This document shows, piece by piece, positions 26,509 through 39,900 of a stretch of 64,000 bases of DNA. A model generated the notes under the pieces. That model saw only the letters and a program-made list of their open reading frames with translations. It was not told the DNA's origin and searched no databases. The DNA comes from Catajapyx aquilonaris (taxonomy: Eukaryota), in NCBI GenBank assembly GCA_000934665.2, contig KZ538444.1, positions 1 through 64,000 of the forward strand, in the 5' to 3' direction. The position numbers and the translations under genes are program-made. Numbering within the stretch: position 1 is the stretch's first letter; the number at the start of each line of letters is the position of its first letter.

Positions 26509-28684
26509 CAACTGCACTAAATATCAACTAAGAAGGCCTTATATGCCAACCTAAAAAATCACGAAACAATCTACCCAAAATATGACCCATAAAAATATAA
26601 AAATTCATTCCCACAAGGTCAGCCACACTGCACGAAAACTACAAATTGATATGCCCCTCTTTTTTTCTCCACTAAAAATACTTTGAGAGAAAATTGACAT
26701 CAATTTCCTGAGCACCCGTTTCCTCCTGCTAAATCGCCAATAAGTTATACCTTAAACTAACAGTGTGCCCCCCGGAACCAGGAACAAGCAATCGATGCTA
26801 AAAGCTTTATAATGTTCTTGCATAGCATAAAATCCGCCTCCGAGTTAAAAAAAAAAGCTGGCCAAAATATTCAAGCAGGTTGGAAAATATCTAACTCCTG
26901 ACACTTATGCAAATTTCAGTAGTGTTTTTCCGGAGAATAAGGGAAAATCCTGTGTTTTTTTTTCTTTTAAAGTCTTGCCTTGTTTGTCCTTGAGACAATC
27001 CGATTAGATTCGCTTTAAATCTGCAGCTTAATTGCGGGCCTTTTTTTTCGCTTTCCATGGTTCTTCCTTTTGCAGTTTGCCTAGCTGAGATTAGCGAGAC
27101 CGTCGCCGATGATTTTGGCCGGAATATTTCACGCCCTGAGGAATCCCTAATAACGTTCTTCCGGGCAGAGCCTCTTCCGGAATATGGGGAAGCGGATTTA
27201 CGCCCTCGACCTATTTCGCCCAATTGCTTCCCATTTACTTCCATTCCGCCCAAAAGAGGAAACAACGCCTGAGGAAGGCCAACCTTCGAATAAATCCTTG
27301 ACATTCCCATACCGGTCCTTTATATTATGCAGAAAAAAGGGGGGGACCAATACATCGATCGACCTTAATGGCTGCAATAATGCAGGCATGATTTTAAATC
27401 ACTTTAAACCCACACTTGAAGTCAGCCTAAACTTTACAAGTCTGTGTCTCCCACAGGAATATCTGATTTGCAGGATTAATGCGCCCTAGGGACACCTTCC
27501 CAGAAGCTTGAGTTATGCTTCTCAGGAGGCCTTACACTGCCAAAATTTCCTATGGACCAACTAATTTTGTGTCAACCACCACTAACTCAATGGAAATTAC
27601 TTCAGGTCTTGGTCAACATTTCTATAGGGGAAAAAATTTGGGCCAGGTGTAGGGACTTATTCCAGCCAACCAGAAAATGAACCCTTTCCATGCAGTCAGA
27701 CATTGTATGTAAAGTACGACCTACCCGCTGAGGGATTTACCCCGCCTTCCCCCACCATTTTTTTTAGCACTAACCTTGACCACTTTGCCAGGGGGGGGGG
27801 GAGAGAAAAAAAATTTATTCCCTCCCCGGAATTTGTATTTCGAGGCGGTCCTCCGGGCTTGATTATGCAGATTAAAACAGATACTTAAAGGCTCCGGGTG
27901 TCACCAAGATCAAGGCGAAATTGGAAATTTTGCCAGAATCTGGAAAACGAAATATTTCAGTTAATTGTAGTTGAAAATGTACATTTCAAATCAAAAATAT
28001 TTGACCGTGTTTTACATAGGTTCGCAACTCTATATGAATTTTTTTACAGAGTGCAACCAAGTGCGCACCGACATTCGCGACCATAGTTCCTCCTCAGGGC
28101 TTTTTATTTTAATTGTGTATATTATTTATTTATTTATTTTAATGTCAGGGCTTTTTATTAATAAACACTTAACTCACATCCACAGCCTCTGAGTTTTGTT
28201 CCAAATACTTGCTGGAAACGGTCGCAAACGTCGGCCATATTATCTCCCTTCCCCCAAGTGTAGCGTTGGAAATAAGTGCATAGCTCACAGAGAACCTACT
28301 ATGTTTCATTGATAATGCCAACCGTGTACGCTGCGTATACTGTGGTGCGCACTCGGTTGCGCTGGTTTTTTAAAAAAAAATCTCTACAGTTGTCGAATAT
28401 TTTACACCTACTGTTTGTATCAGACAAATTGCGTCGTAAATCGAATTATAATTTCGCACTAACTCACTCTCGCTATAAAAAAAACGTGCCGTGCTTTTTA
28501 GCAGCGTTATATATTTTTTTAAAAAAAATGGGTTTCGGAACTCATAACCAGCTAATGTATCGGCTCCGCTTGTTTGAAACCTTTGTATGGGACGCATGAT
28601 GCAGTGTTTGTGAGCGGAAGTTCAACGCTCTCGTAACCACCAGTCCCAACGGATCTCTGTGTGTTAAAGTTGGGGGGGGGGGGG

Positions 28685-28697
28685 NNNNNNNNNNNNN
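28685..28697. other. Small assembly gap between poly-G and poly-C
   Basis: 13 N directly visible. Confidence 0.99.
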
Positions 28698-28964
28698 CCC
28701 CCCCCCCCCCAATTCTCCCCCATCCAAACCACCGAAAAAATGAAAATGAAAAGAGTTCCAAACCCAGCAGCCATTTTTAATCGCCTGCACGACAGGCCTC
28801 TCCAGCCAGCCTTTTGTCACCTGAGAGACACGGTTTCCACTCAACACCCTTTCTCTCTCATAAAAAAAAAAGTTGGGGAAAATATGTGAGGGAAAAAAAG
28901 ATGGATTTTGGTAGCCTACCAACATGGCCGAATTTTTCAGCAAATTTTCGGCAAATATAAAACT

Positions 28965-29110
28965 AGCTTAGATCTGTGCCTCTGTTTGTCCGAGTCAGCC
29001 ATCAGTATAGTGTGAAGAGAGGGAGTATGCGCCCTCTACGTGAAATATATGGTACTACGTCCACAGTTGGAGCAGGGCAGTGTTGCCAAATTTTGCCAAA
29101 GGGTTCACTC
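28965..29110 (+). mobile_element. Short family-B Helitron-like element
   Basis: 5' CTGTTTGTCCGA, core GAGGGAGTATGCGCC.TCTA, 3' CAGTGTTGCCAAATTTTGCCAAAGGGTTCACT. Confidence 0.6.
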
Positions 29111-29647
29111 TTGACATAATAATTGTCTTCTACTAAGAAAACAGTTCAAAAAACAGATTTTGAGAAAGCCAGGGTAATAGTTATGAAGTTCCAGAAACTG
29201 TTATTTTTTGTGGAATTGGATAAGAGGGGTGATGGGGATGGGGGGGGGGGGGGCGAAAATGTCGTCGATTGCATTCACATGTCCCCGGGACGTGCTCCAC
29301 ATTTCTGATGGCGAAGATTGGCGCAATTACATTCCATCTAGGAAACGGTGCCCTGGGTCCCATCTTCTCACTCCCTCCTCCACTGCCTTTAACTGTTGAC
29401 AAGAAAATTGACTCGGATACTTTTTTTTAAGGGTACCGCCGCCCTCCAACCATAATCACCGTTTGGAATTGTCAGAGACTATTTTCACTCTGACCTTTTC
29501 TTACTCATCATGCAATTTCAGTATGCGCAAATCGCGTCTAAACTTTGCGAGAACCGTTTTCATACCATAGGTATATGACTAACTGTTAGTTATTGTTCCT
29601 GATTATTTAACACAACTATTGTCGGTGAAGTCTTCGATTATAGAAAA

Positions 29648-30008
29648 CTAGTGAACCCATTGCCAAAATTGGCAACACTGCTTGCCACCCCCCCCCCCAC
29701 TTCCCGCTACTTGGACGTAGTACGATAGGCCACTACCAGTTGGCGCATAGGCTACATCTCTGCACACTACTGCCGCTCTCACAAGTAAGGAGGGAAGTAG
29801 TACTACATACACGTTGGTGATGAGTCACTTCGCGGACAAAGCCCACCAGGGTATACTACTGTATAATCAGCATGTGTCTCGCCTCCATTGAAGTGGGTCC
29901 CATCCTCTCTGACCGCTATGAACGGGGAAAGTGAGGTAACTACTACATATAGGTGATGAGTCAACACGGACAAAGAAGCGGACAGACAGAATAAGGAGAT
30001 TAGTATAC
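29648..30008 (-). mobile_element. Family-B Helitron-like element, best-preserved 3' end
   Basis: On - it ends CAGTG-TTGCCAATTTTGGCAA (hairpin)-TGGGTTCA-CTAG|T; the other end has CTTATTCTGTCTGTCCG. Confidence 0.65.
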
Positions 30009-30619
30009 TGGTATATGTTATGATGAATATTTTAAAATAGTTGTTTGAAGATCAACATTTTGTACATATTGGGGTGCAAATGACGTTTAAATTGAATAAC
30101 CTACCCCTGAGAGACATAATTTCAAATCGTACCACAAACGGTTGTCCTCTTTTGCTCCGACATGACGCATGTAATTCCGATCCATTGCCCCACTCGGAGG
30201 ATAAGTAATAAAGAGGAGTATTCCCCCGTCTGGTCCTGTACAGTCGTGTAACCGGACACAAATGGGCTGCGTAGGTGTTGTTGAGAGCATGATGCATACA
30301 CTAGTGGGGGCGCCCCCATGCTGATGCTAATAAGAGCGGATAGGCGATGGGAGGGAGAGGCCTACTGAGTGCAAATGAGTGCCCCTACTAATTGGGAGGG
30401 TGTGGTTTGTGGCACCAGGCACTAAATCTACGCGACCAGTTCAAAAAAGAGGAAGCAGCAGCAGGAGGAGGAAGGATGCGCACATAGAGGATAGTAGGCT
30501 AGGTCCATTGGGGGTTCAGAGAGAGACAATTACAAAGGAGCTTATAGTTAAAACCAACTATTTAAACCAATAACATACGTTATATAAAATAAAACAGTCA
30601 TAAAGTCAGGTTTCTGACT

Positions 30620-31030
30620 GAGAAATTACAGTAGAATTTTTTTAGAAAAAAGTATACTGTAAGAGATAATTTCGAAGATTTGTCCCATAAGAAATATTTT
30701 GTGAGAGAATTAGCCAATAAAAAAATCATTTCAGAAAATTACTCCATAAGAAATTATTTCTCGGAAAATTTACGACGAAAAGTAATTTCGTTTTTTTTGT
30801 ATGAGACATAATTTTGAAAAATCTTTATACTGTCTAAGAAATAAACCGAGTAATTTAGAAAAAAAACCCATACTAGTGATAATTTTGAAAAACATTCGAT
30901 TCATAAGAAATCATTTCTGTAACATCACCTCGCAAGTAATTTGAGAAAATAATTCCATGAGAAAATAATTGTGACAATATTACTCCAACTGTAAAACATT
31001 TCGAAAAGAATTTTCATGAAAAATAATTTT
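30620..31030. repeat. Degenerate AT-rich minisatellite, about 31-bp unit
   Basis: Recurrent CCATAAGAAAT.ATTT...GAAAATTA. Confidence 0.65.
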
Positions 31031-34000
31031 GAAAAATCTCGAAATATACCGTACCATACATTTTGTAGAATCCATTTTATACCTGTCTGTTGTGCAATTT
31101 ATCACAGGTTGCTACAGAACTAAAATGCAAAATTTTAAGCACGAAATTTAAATGACGAACATTTCAAATATGCAGCAAAACAGCTGACTCATTCATTACG
31201 CTACAGCATTTACACGCTGAATATGCAGCAACATTTTTACACACTTTGCGACTTAGTTTCCGCCCAAGATATTTTTGCCAATTAGAGCTAATTCACTGCC
31301 AAAGCCACTGATTTATATTCGCCAATATTCCCCAGTGCGCCATATCGATCACTTTCTCTCCCAACTTTAATACACATAATTAAATGCCCCCCCGTATGAT
31401 ACTGGTGTCAATTGTCAACTGATCACTTCGCCTCATTAGTCAGCCATTTGAATTTCATGCACTGGAAACACGCGGTTACTGCCTGGGGTCAACCACACAT
31501 TTGCCAATTTGTCAGCCGAATGCAGAAAAACCTCGTCGCGTTTAAATAAATTCCGGCCTATAAGCAGTTTGCCGCTTTTAAAAATAAATGCTAATTAAGA
31601 ACCTGGGAGGTGTGCATAGTTCGAAGAGACGAACCTGACCTAGATTCCAAGCAAAGAACTGAGTTTGGAGGCTGGGAGGAATTAATCCGCAGCATTTGCT
31701 CAAGTCTGCGGAAGAGCTGCAGATTCGCGATTCCCACCGGTCCTCCAAAGATGCCATAAATTAGCAGGGGGCGCCAGGAAAAACCCCTGCTTCGGCGCCT
31801 TGTTTCCTTCTTAATTAACGACTTAACCCACCCCCACCCTCCTCCAACCCCTCTCTCTTGATGCCACTCTGTAAAGCAACCTTCTGCAAAAGGGGGTCGA
31901 GCTTAGACTTTAAAATGCAAAAAAAAACGGTCATGGTTACTAGGACTTGTATTTTTTTGTGCTATGAATATTATGTGGTGAGCACAAGTAGTAGCTGCTC
32001 GTTATCCTTCATGTAACGGAAGTGAGGCGACATTAGTGTTAGCCAAGTGTTACACCTCGGACACTCTCACAGCAACACGAACATTAATCAAAGGGAGGTC
32101 GGGTGCGTGTAAAAGACGCGGGTCTGAAAACAGCTTGCCAAAAACTCCCCAAGTTTATGCTAACGGTGCTAGAAACTACTAAATAAAAATAACGGATTGT
32201 AATAACAAACCTTCCCTCGAAAGCTCCCCCATTAATCTTGCCAGGACCACATGCCTTTTTTTTTTTTTTTTGGAGAAGGCAAAAATGGGCGTCCCTGACC
32301 AAGCTCGAGAAGCATTGTTGCAAGTCAATAGGCCATGTGTCGTCTCTCCTTGAATATATCCGACAGTGACACATGTCAAAAGGTTGGGTCCAGCAAAAGG
32401 GAGGGCATTACTGGCAGCTGGCGCCTTAGAACAAAGCGGATCCATGAATCCATCCCATATTTCTTCATAAAAATCCGCAATATTGCGCAAGTTCAAGGTC
32501 CGTGCTATTGGCCATAAAGTTTGGGAGTGGGCCTCCTAATCCGTCGGGTTTATATACGTCACAATTTGCGCCAAACAATGATCGGTTTAATCCTTCCAAA
32601 AGTTTGAAGTCGCCGTTTTCAAGTGCATCGAACCATAACGCGGTTAGATCTAGGATAAGTAGATAACGTGGTTAAGTCCGCCTCCGCTTGCATGCAAATG
32701 AACTCACTTTTTGGGGCGCAAGGTTAATGCCAATCGACCGTCTTCTGTGAAATAGACGCGTCCAGACGCGGTCGAGACGTAGTCACAATTTTGCGCTGCA
32801 TCAATCGTCTCTATATTCGGCTACACTATCATATCGGGAGACCCCGTGCTTTTACCTACTTTCCTATGCTTGTATCCGCTGAAGAATATGCCTGTATCCG
32901 CTGAAAGATAGGCGTGTATCCGCCGGGAAGGCAAGTTACGTCATGGGGAAAGTTGGTACAGCGTGCCCCTGCCCCTGCCACATTCGGTCTCCCTATATGG
33001 AAGTCTTTCCCTAGATTCCTCTAAAAACTGACCGTGATAAAATTTATCCTGGAAATCAGGCGTCCCATTTGACAGGAATGTATAACGGGTTGCCCTTCAC
33101 ATTCAGGATAACTTCAAGGTCTTTTAGGCAAAATTACCGTACTTCATTTCAACATCTGTTTCAATCAGTGCTCGGCGTTTCGGTGGCACGCAGTTTTAAT
33201 TTTAGAAATTACATTGTTAAAAAATTAACTTAAATTTCAGCTGATAAGAGCACTATATTTCCAGTAATGTTTTAAAAAATTATTTAATTCCTCTGTTTAG
33301 TTTTATTGCTTGAGGTTTAAGTGCCATATTAGTAAACATAGAGTTCTCGTAAGTTAAAGTGTGGCGAAATAGACCGCGTCAATTGGAACAATCCCCCGTT
33401 TATATCGGAGGGACCCAGAATGTTGATTTAAAAAAAAAAAAAGTCCAAGGTCAGCCTGATAATATCGGAGCGACCAACAATTAATCGCAGCTATTTATTA
33501 GGGAAGCGCAGTTTGCAGGCAATTGAGAGAGGCCAATTCTTCCTTTTCTCTCGCATTGCGACGACAGATAGCCCCTGCCGTTTTGCTATTGGCCCAATCC
33601 TCCTTTTTTCTCCAAACTATATATAGGGTTTTCGCAGCTTCCGTGTTTCTTCCTGGCGAGAAGAGAGAGAGAGAACAAAAAGTGTCAACACAAATCTTCC
33701 GCCTCTAGAATCGATCCCTCTTCTCTGTTACTTTGACCCTGACCTCTTAACTCGCAATTTTTTTGCGTTAGTGTGTCACTGATGCGTGTGACTCGATTTT
33801 GCAAGCACCTCTTTTCTGAATTTCATTTGTGGACTGGTCTGGCTTGTGTCGCTATAATTGGCGCTTCTCTTATAGCAGCCTGCTGAATATTGCAACCGCA
33901 ACCTCGGGGATAAGTGTCCGGCTGATAATTTCGCGAAATCTGAAAATCCGTGCGACGACCATAATAAGGTCAATTTAGGCTGAACTTGACAGAAATGAGA

Positions 34001-35205
34001 CAAAGTTGTTACAATTCAAATAATATGTCCAGCATGCACGCTGGTACATTCTGATTCAACATGAAACACACTGTACTTACAATTTGACCTTTTTGAACCC
34101 TTCAATGCCACTTTGAAACCATTGAAGGTTTGAAGCCATATAAGCATGAGTGGTTTTTGAGAAAACTGCTCCAAAAAAGAGATGTATATCGAGCCATGAT
34201 CGTAAATCATAACTGCTGAGAAGGCATTCGAGCCTCTCTGTGTGAATGTAAGGCTTCGATGAAAGCCCATCATATGAACTTGAACTCCACTCTCTGCCAT
34301 TTTTTTCCCTCTCTTTACTCTTTTTCCTTCTTCTTCTTCTTCTCAGTGGAAAAAGTCTGGAGGCTTCTAAGACTCGTAAAATGTGAAAATGCATTGCGCG
34401 GCTTCTTTTTTTCCAGTTGACGGTTGAGTGAGTCGTCGTAAACCCTTTTGCTATTACCAGACAGCAACAAATCTTGAGAGATGCTTCCAGTTCTTTGTTC
34501 ATTCCTCATTTTTTCTTTTCGTTTTCTAGTTAAGTTCAAGGACGGAGGATGGCTTTGGGGGGAAATCCTATAGAAAAACCGATAATTTTTTAAATACTTA
34601 TGTTTAAGCATTACTTGAATGCATTGTACTGCAGAGAGTACGTCATGTTGTTGTCAAACTTTTATGCAACTCCAACAAGATTACACCCCCTTTCCTCCTC
34701 CTTTTAAAAAAATTGTCTTTGCTGCAACTTTCTTCCCGATGAACCGATTGAAAATCCAATAGCCATTCGATGCTCAATGATGCATAGAATGCAGCCAGGA
34801 AAGGCAAACAAATGGAGGGGGGGTCGAGATGAAGGATGCAATCCGACTTGGCACATTGCCAAACAGTTTAGTCCCTTGCATCCTTACACCATCCCCCCCT
34901 TTCTGATTGCAGCTTCCAATTCAATGAACAGCTTTCCCTCGCCCTCCCAACCCTCGTTTTACACCGTCCTTCCCTCTAATCGCCTGTCCTTCTCGCGGAA
35001 ACAAGAGACTAAAACACCCACAAAAAAATAGTACTGATAAGAACGAGAACTCCATCGGGCTGCGTAATTATGGCTCGTCTCTATCCGACAGCCATTTTGC
35101 CAGCGCCTTTTCACCAATTACAGCAGGACGCTCAAGAGTTATTCGCATAGGAAGCAGCTATACTTCCGACTGACGTCACAAAACGAAAAGTTGCCTGTTT
35201 CAGAG

Positions 35206-35548
35206 TGACGTCACGATACGCAGGGTTACCAGTCAGTCTGACGTCACGATACGCATGGTTACCAGTCAGTCTGACTCCACGATACGCATGGTTACCAGTC
35301 AGTCTGACGTCACGATACGCAGGGTCACCAGATTAAGTCTGACTTCACGATACGCAGGGTTACCAGTCAGTCTGACTCCACGATACGCATGGTTACCAGA
35401 TTAAGTCTGACGTCACGATACGCAGGGTTACCAGATTAAGTCTGACGTCACGATACGCAGGGTTACCAGATTAAGTCTGACGTCACGATACGCAGGGTTA
35501 CCAGTCAGTCTGACTCCACGATACGCATGGTTACCAGATTCAGTCTGA
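35206..35548. repeat. Minisatellite, 10 units of 33/35 bp
   Basis: TGACGTCACGATACGCA(G/T)GGTTACCAG(TC/ATTA)AGTC repeated head to tail with no unique spacers. Confidence 0.95.
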
Positions 35549-36229
35549 AGTCCTTGTAAAAATAACTAATATTTGCGATATAACCTAAAGTAGCAGCTTA
35601 GAGTCGAAAATCGGACAAATTTTTATAAAAATTGCCAGTTGGAAGTATTGAATCGGTCCAGTGGATAATACATGGCGATAGTTGTAGTGGGTAGAACACT
35701 AGTAGTATTTCACTTGCGTCTTTCTCCCTCCCCCCCCCCCCAACGACGCCGGTCCATTTTATGGGTCTCTTCATCAGGAATGACGGCCCTGGGGCAGTTC
35801 CTCTCACGTACACCTACAAGCATGAAGCTTTATGGGAGATGCCCACGGTTTAATTACTTCCCGGGTGTAAACCAATTCGACTTGTTTACTACCGAGGCAA
35901 GGTCCGAGGACATGTATTATTCAATGTCTTCCGAGGACTCTGAGTAAAAAAAAAAAGGGCGGGCACACACACAGAGGCTCAGAGTCAATATGGTGAAGGC
36001 TTTGGCTGGGCTCGCACTAGGTCACTACATCAAGGCCAGGCAATGGACAGAGATTTCAACGCAAGAAGTGTAGCCAATCACGAAGATGTAAATTACTAGT
36101 AGTGAACCCGTTGCCAAAATTTGGCTATACACTGCCGCCCTGCCCTCCCTCTGGCTTCATAGAAGAGCATGTATCGTGTGAATGACGCTGCTTTCCTTGC
36201 TGATCTTTTCTTCTTGTATCTGGTTTCAG

Positions 36230-36959
36230 ATTCTTGGCCATCTGGTTTCCGCTCAAGTGCCAGATCACGAAGCGTCGAGCCCGTCTGATCATCCTGGTGA
36301 TCTGGATCATAGCCCTGACCACGACCATCCCTTGGGCGCTGTTCTTCGACCTGGTGGCCATCTTCCCGGAGTTCCCGGCCATCCAGCTGTGCCTGGAGGT
36401 GTGGCCGCCCCACCTGAACGGCGACCTCTACTTCCTGCTGGCCAACCTGATATGCTGCTACCTCCTGCCCATGATCCTCATCTCCCTGTGCTACATCCTG
36501 ATCTGGATCAAGGTCTGGAAGCGACACATCCCTACCGACACCAAGGACGCGCAGATGGAAAAGATGCAGCAAAAGTCCAAGGTGAAAGTGGTCAAGATGT
36601 TGATCGTGGTGGTCATCATCTTTGTCCTGTCATGGCTGCCTCTGTACGCCATCTTCGCTCGGATCAAGCTCGGGGGTGAGATCCAGGCCTGGGAGGAAGA
36701 GATCCTGCCCATCGCAACGCCCATCGCCCAGTGGTTAGGTTCCTCCAACTCCTGCATTAACCCTATCCTGTACGCCTTCTTCAACAACAAGTTCCGACGC
36801 GGTTTCGCCGCGCTCTGGAAGTCCAAAAAGTGCTGCAGCACCCTCCGGTTCGACGGCACCTTCCACTCATCCACTATACACCGGTCGTCATACTACATCT
36901 CGTCGGTTAGGGTGCCCGAGACATCAGTCGCGTACATCTACAACAACACAGGAGTCTAG
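36230..36959 (+). CDS. SIFaR: SIFamide receptor-like (NPFF-receptor family) class A GPCR, terminal coding exon (end of DRF motif, TM4-TM7, C-tail)
   Basis: Polypyrimidine tract plus TTTCAG acceptor (AG at 36228-36229), phase 2, giving (R)[18 protein letters not shown]. Four hydrophobic helices, TM6 FVLSWLP, TM7 [10 protein letters not shown], stop TAG 36957-36959, high GC3. The motifs [24 protein letters not shown] and [16 protein letters not shown] match arthropod SIFaR as I recall it. Confidence 0.92.
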
Positions 36960-39900
36960 GGGGAAACCCAGCGACATCTCCAAAGGTCAACAAATTGTCA
37001 CCTCTCTTTGTCAACACTGGTGCCAGTGTGGTTTGTTGCCCAGCAGAGGCAATATTTTGTGGCTCTCATCACCCTTTGAGAGCGCGCACACCCCCACTCA
37101 CACCGTAATTAAAACATGATATTTAAAACCAAAAAAATGGATGGGTTGGCTGCTTGCTGCTGTAATTGTTCCAAGTCCAGCTGGTACCCCCACAATTATA
37201 AAAAAAAAGTTTATCACCGAAAAAAAACGTGTGTTAGCTAGCTACTTTTAGCTAGCCTTGGATATAGCTGGTTGGTTGGGTTAGTTGGTTGGGCTTGGCT
37301 CAGCAGGCAGGCCTGAGGCAGAGCCACCACTTTTCCACAGTTTGGGTGCTCTTGTTGTGTGAGGCCCCCCCACCCACCATCACCTTTAACNCCCCCCCCC
37401 CCCCAAATGGCCCACCAAGGGGATTCCGTCCCCAACAAAAAAAAAAACATATATATAATATTTATTTAATTCCACCTTTAGTTGGTATTCCGAGCACTTT
37501 GTATCCGAGCTGGCGACGCTATAACCTTCTATCGTCTGTATAATGTATGTGGCCCCATCTTTCTACCCGCTTTTCGGTGTTTTTGTGCGGACATTTTGGA
37601 CACTTGATTTTCCTCCCCATCTTTTTCTTCGGGATGTGTTGACAGTGCTTGTGTTTGTCCGGAAATGGGGCCGCTGGCCGGGTGAATCGGAACCTTCTGA
37701 CACCTCAAGTCCTCGGAGACCACAGTAAAATAAATCTGAGCCCTCACACTTTGACACCGTCTTCGGACCCCCAGGAATCAAAAGGTTCCGATGCACCTGG
37801 CCAGACCCAATTTTAAACTCTTTAACCCTCTCCCAAAATCCACCAATTTGTTAACTAGCACTTTAGAAATACCCATACCCTTCCCCATCCAACCCATTTT
37901 TATGTTCATTTTTATGAATATAATCACAACCCCCTTCCTGTGTCCATACTTTCGGTTGAAACACAGCCTCGACCCCTAAAATATTGAGCCTAAAATTTCG
38001 AGGTCCAATGATTTAAAAACCTCAGTTAATCAGACAAGTCAATCAGATAATTAGCCCGATGTTGGCCCATACAGATACCGAGTTTAACTCTGGGTGTGGA
38101 CACAGCACAAGTTCGGATCTATATCCTAAAGTCTAATGGTAAGAATATATTTTCGATCCCCTTCTAACTTTTTTTTGGCTTACTGGATGGCAGGTCAAAG
38201 GTGATCGAGCACAAGGTCATGCCTGGAACTGGATATTGATATCGACTAGAAATCGATTGCCGGCCGATATTTTGAGTTATCTGCAATCGCAATCGAATTA
38301 CATAAGTCGACAAATTAACAATTTCGATATTTTTGACATATCGTAAACCGATGTTCAATATATCGAAATCAGAAAATGTCGATTAAAATTTTTTTAACCG
38401 GCCTGTTGTGTCATCATATTTGACCTGGCTTACTGTAAGTAGGAAAAAAAAACCTTTTTCTCACACAGGGTATCACTCGCGAATGGTAGCGCATCACCAA
38501 GTTTAAAAAAAAAAGCACGTGCTTTTAAGAATAAAATAATAATAACGGAGCGCAGCTTAGGCCGCAAGTGACAATTTCATAATGTGTAACAAAAAATACA
38601 GTTTGGTTCGATGTAGTTAGTAATAATTTTTGCTACGTTCAAAAAACTTTACTCCCCCCAAAGAAGCACGGAAGCGCAAGCAATAACTATTGTTGTTGTT
38701 TCTGCCACGGCAGACCATAGCTCGCATTTCTTTAATTTGTTTAAAAATAAATATAGAGTCCTGACACCTAATCCTGCAAAACTTTTTTTTTTGCAACGAA
38801 TGAGCGACGCAGTGCGACATCTAAACCTCATCGGGAGCCCCCTGGACCTTTCGCATTTTCATTACTTTGGTGGGCTCTCTTTCCCACACCCCACTTCTCC
38901 AGCAGGCTACTGCCTTGACGGTCCAATAAACGAGCACAAAATCCCCTCAAGCACTATCTCGCAGCATCCAAAAGGGAATGGAGTTTGTTGCTTGCCCCCC
39001 CCCCCCTTACTCTTTTTAACCCTCCCCAGCAGCATCCAACCTCGAAAACCTAATCCTTGATTAAGAAGGAAGCGATAGTCTTAACCTCAGAGCAGAAGTA
39101 CATAGGGCTTCATTATTGCAAACAGTTATTACACCCCAAAGAAATTCCTGACTCTCCGATGAAGTCAGACCAATTTTGAGAAAATATATGTTGCTTAGCA
39201 GCATAGTCCAAAAAATCGCAATATTTTTTTCGCGACCTTTAGCTGGTAGCGATGGAGCGGAATGCGCAAGGTCGAGGTGTGTGTTTTTTTTATCTCGCGT
39301 TTGAAAGACAAACCGGCTGGAAATGAGATTTTTGTACAAATTAAACCCGCTCGCGTCGTGTGACAGCATTCCGTCTACTTTGACCTTCTCACGTCTCGTA
39401 TTTTTTTTTTCCTTTCCTATCCTATAGAATTGCACTGTAGGAAAAGAGGCTTCAAGAGATGCACAGCAGGACTGTTGAGCAAAAGCGACACAAACAGTAG
39501 GGGGGGAAGGTGTCTATGCTTACCAATGTCGCGAAGTTTTTCGCGAGCTTCTCTCTCTTCTCCATGGTTTCGTCTTGCGAAATTGACGTTTGGTGAACTT
39601 GACGCCAAACCAGCTAGATCTCCTTACAAAACATGCCATTGCATTGCCAGAATCCAATTTTTATGGAGTTTGAGGATTACATTATTCTTCACCTGGTGAA
39701 GAATAATGTAATCCTACATTTATTTATTTATTTTTGTTAATATGTTGGGAACGATATTCCCATAAGTGCGAATAACAGTATTCCACTCATTTTATGTTAT
39801 ATTTACATTTACCCTAATGTACGGTAATAGCCTTGTTATAATCACCTTGTTCAAAAAGGCCTGTTTATTTATTAACTTATTATCACTTCATTCAGTCATA

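Noticed and set aside
35206..35548. CRISPR-like array (33-35 bp periodicity)
   Set aside because: Units are contiguous with no unique spacers, there are no cas genes, and the context is a eukaryotic intron; it is a minisatellite.
36096..36874. Overlapping alternative-frame and antisense ORFs at the GPCR exon
   Set aside because: Expected by-products of high GC3; no independent coding signal.
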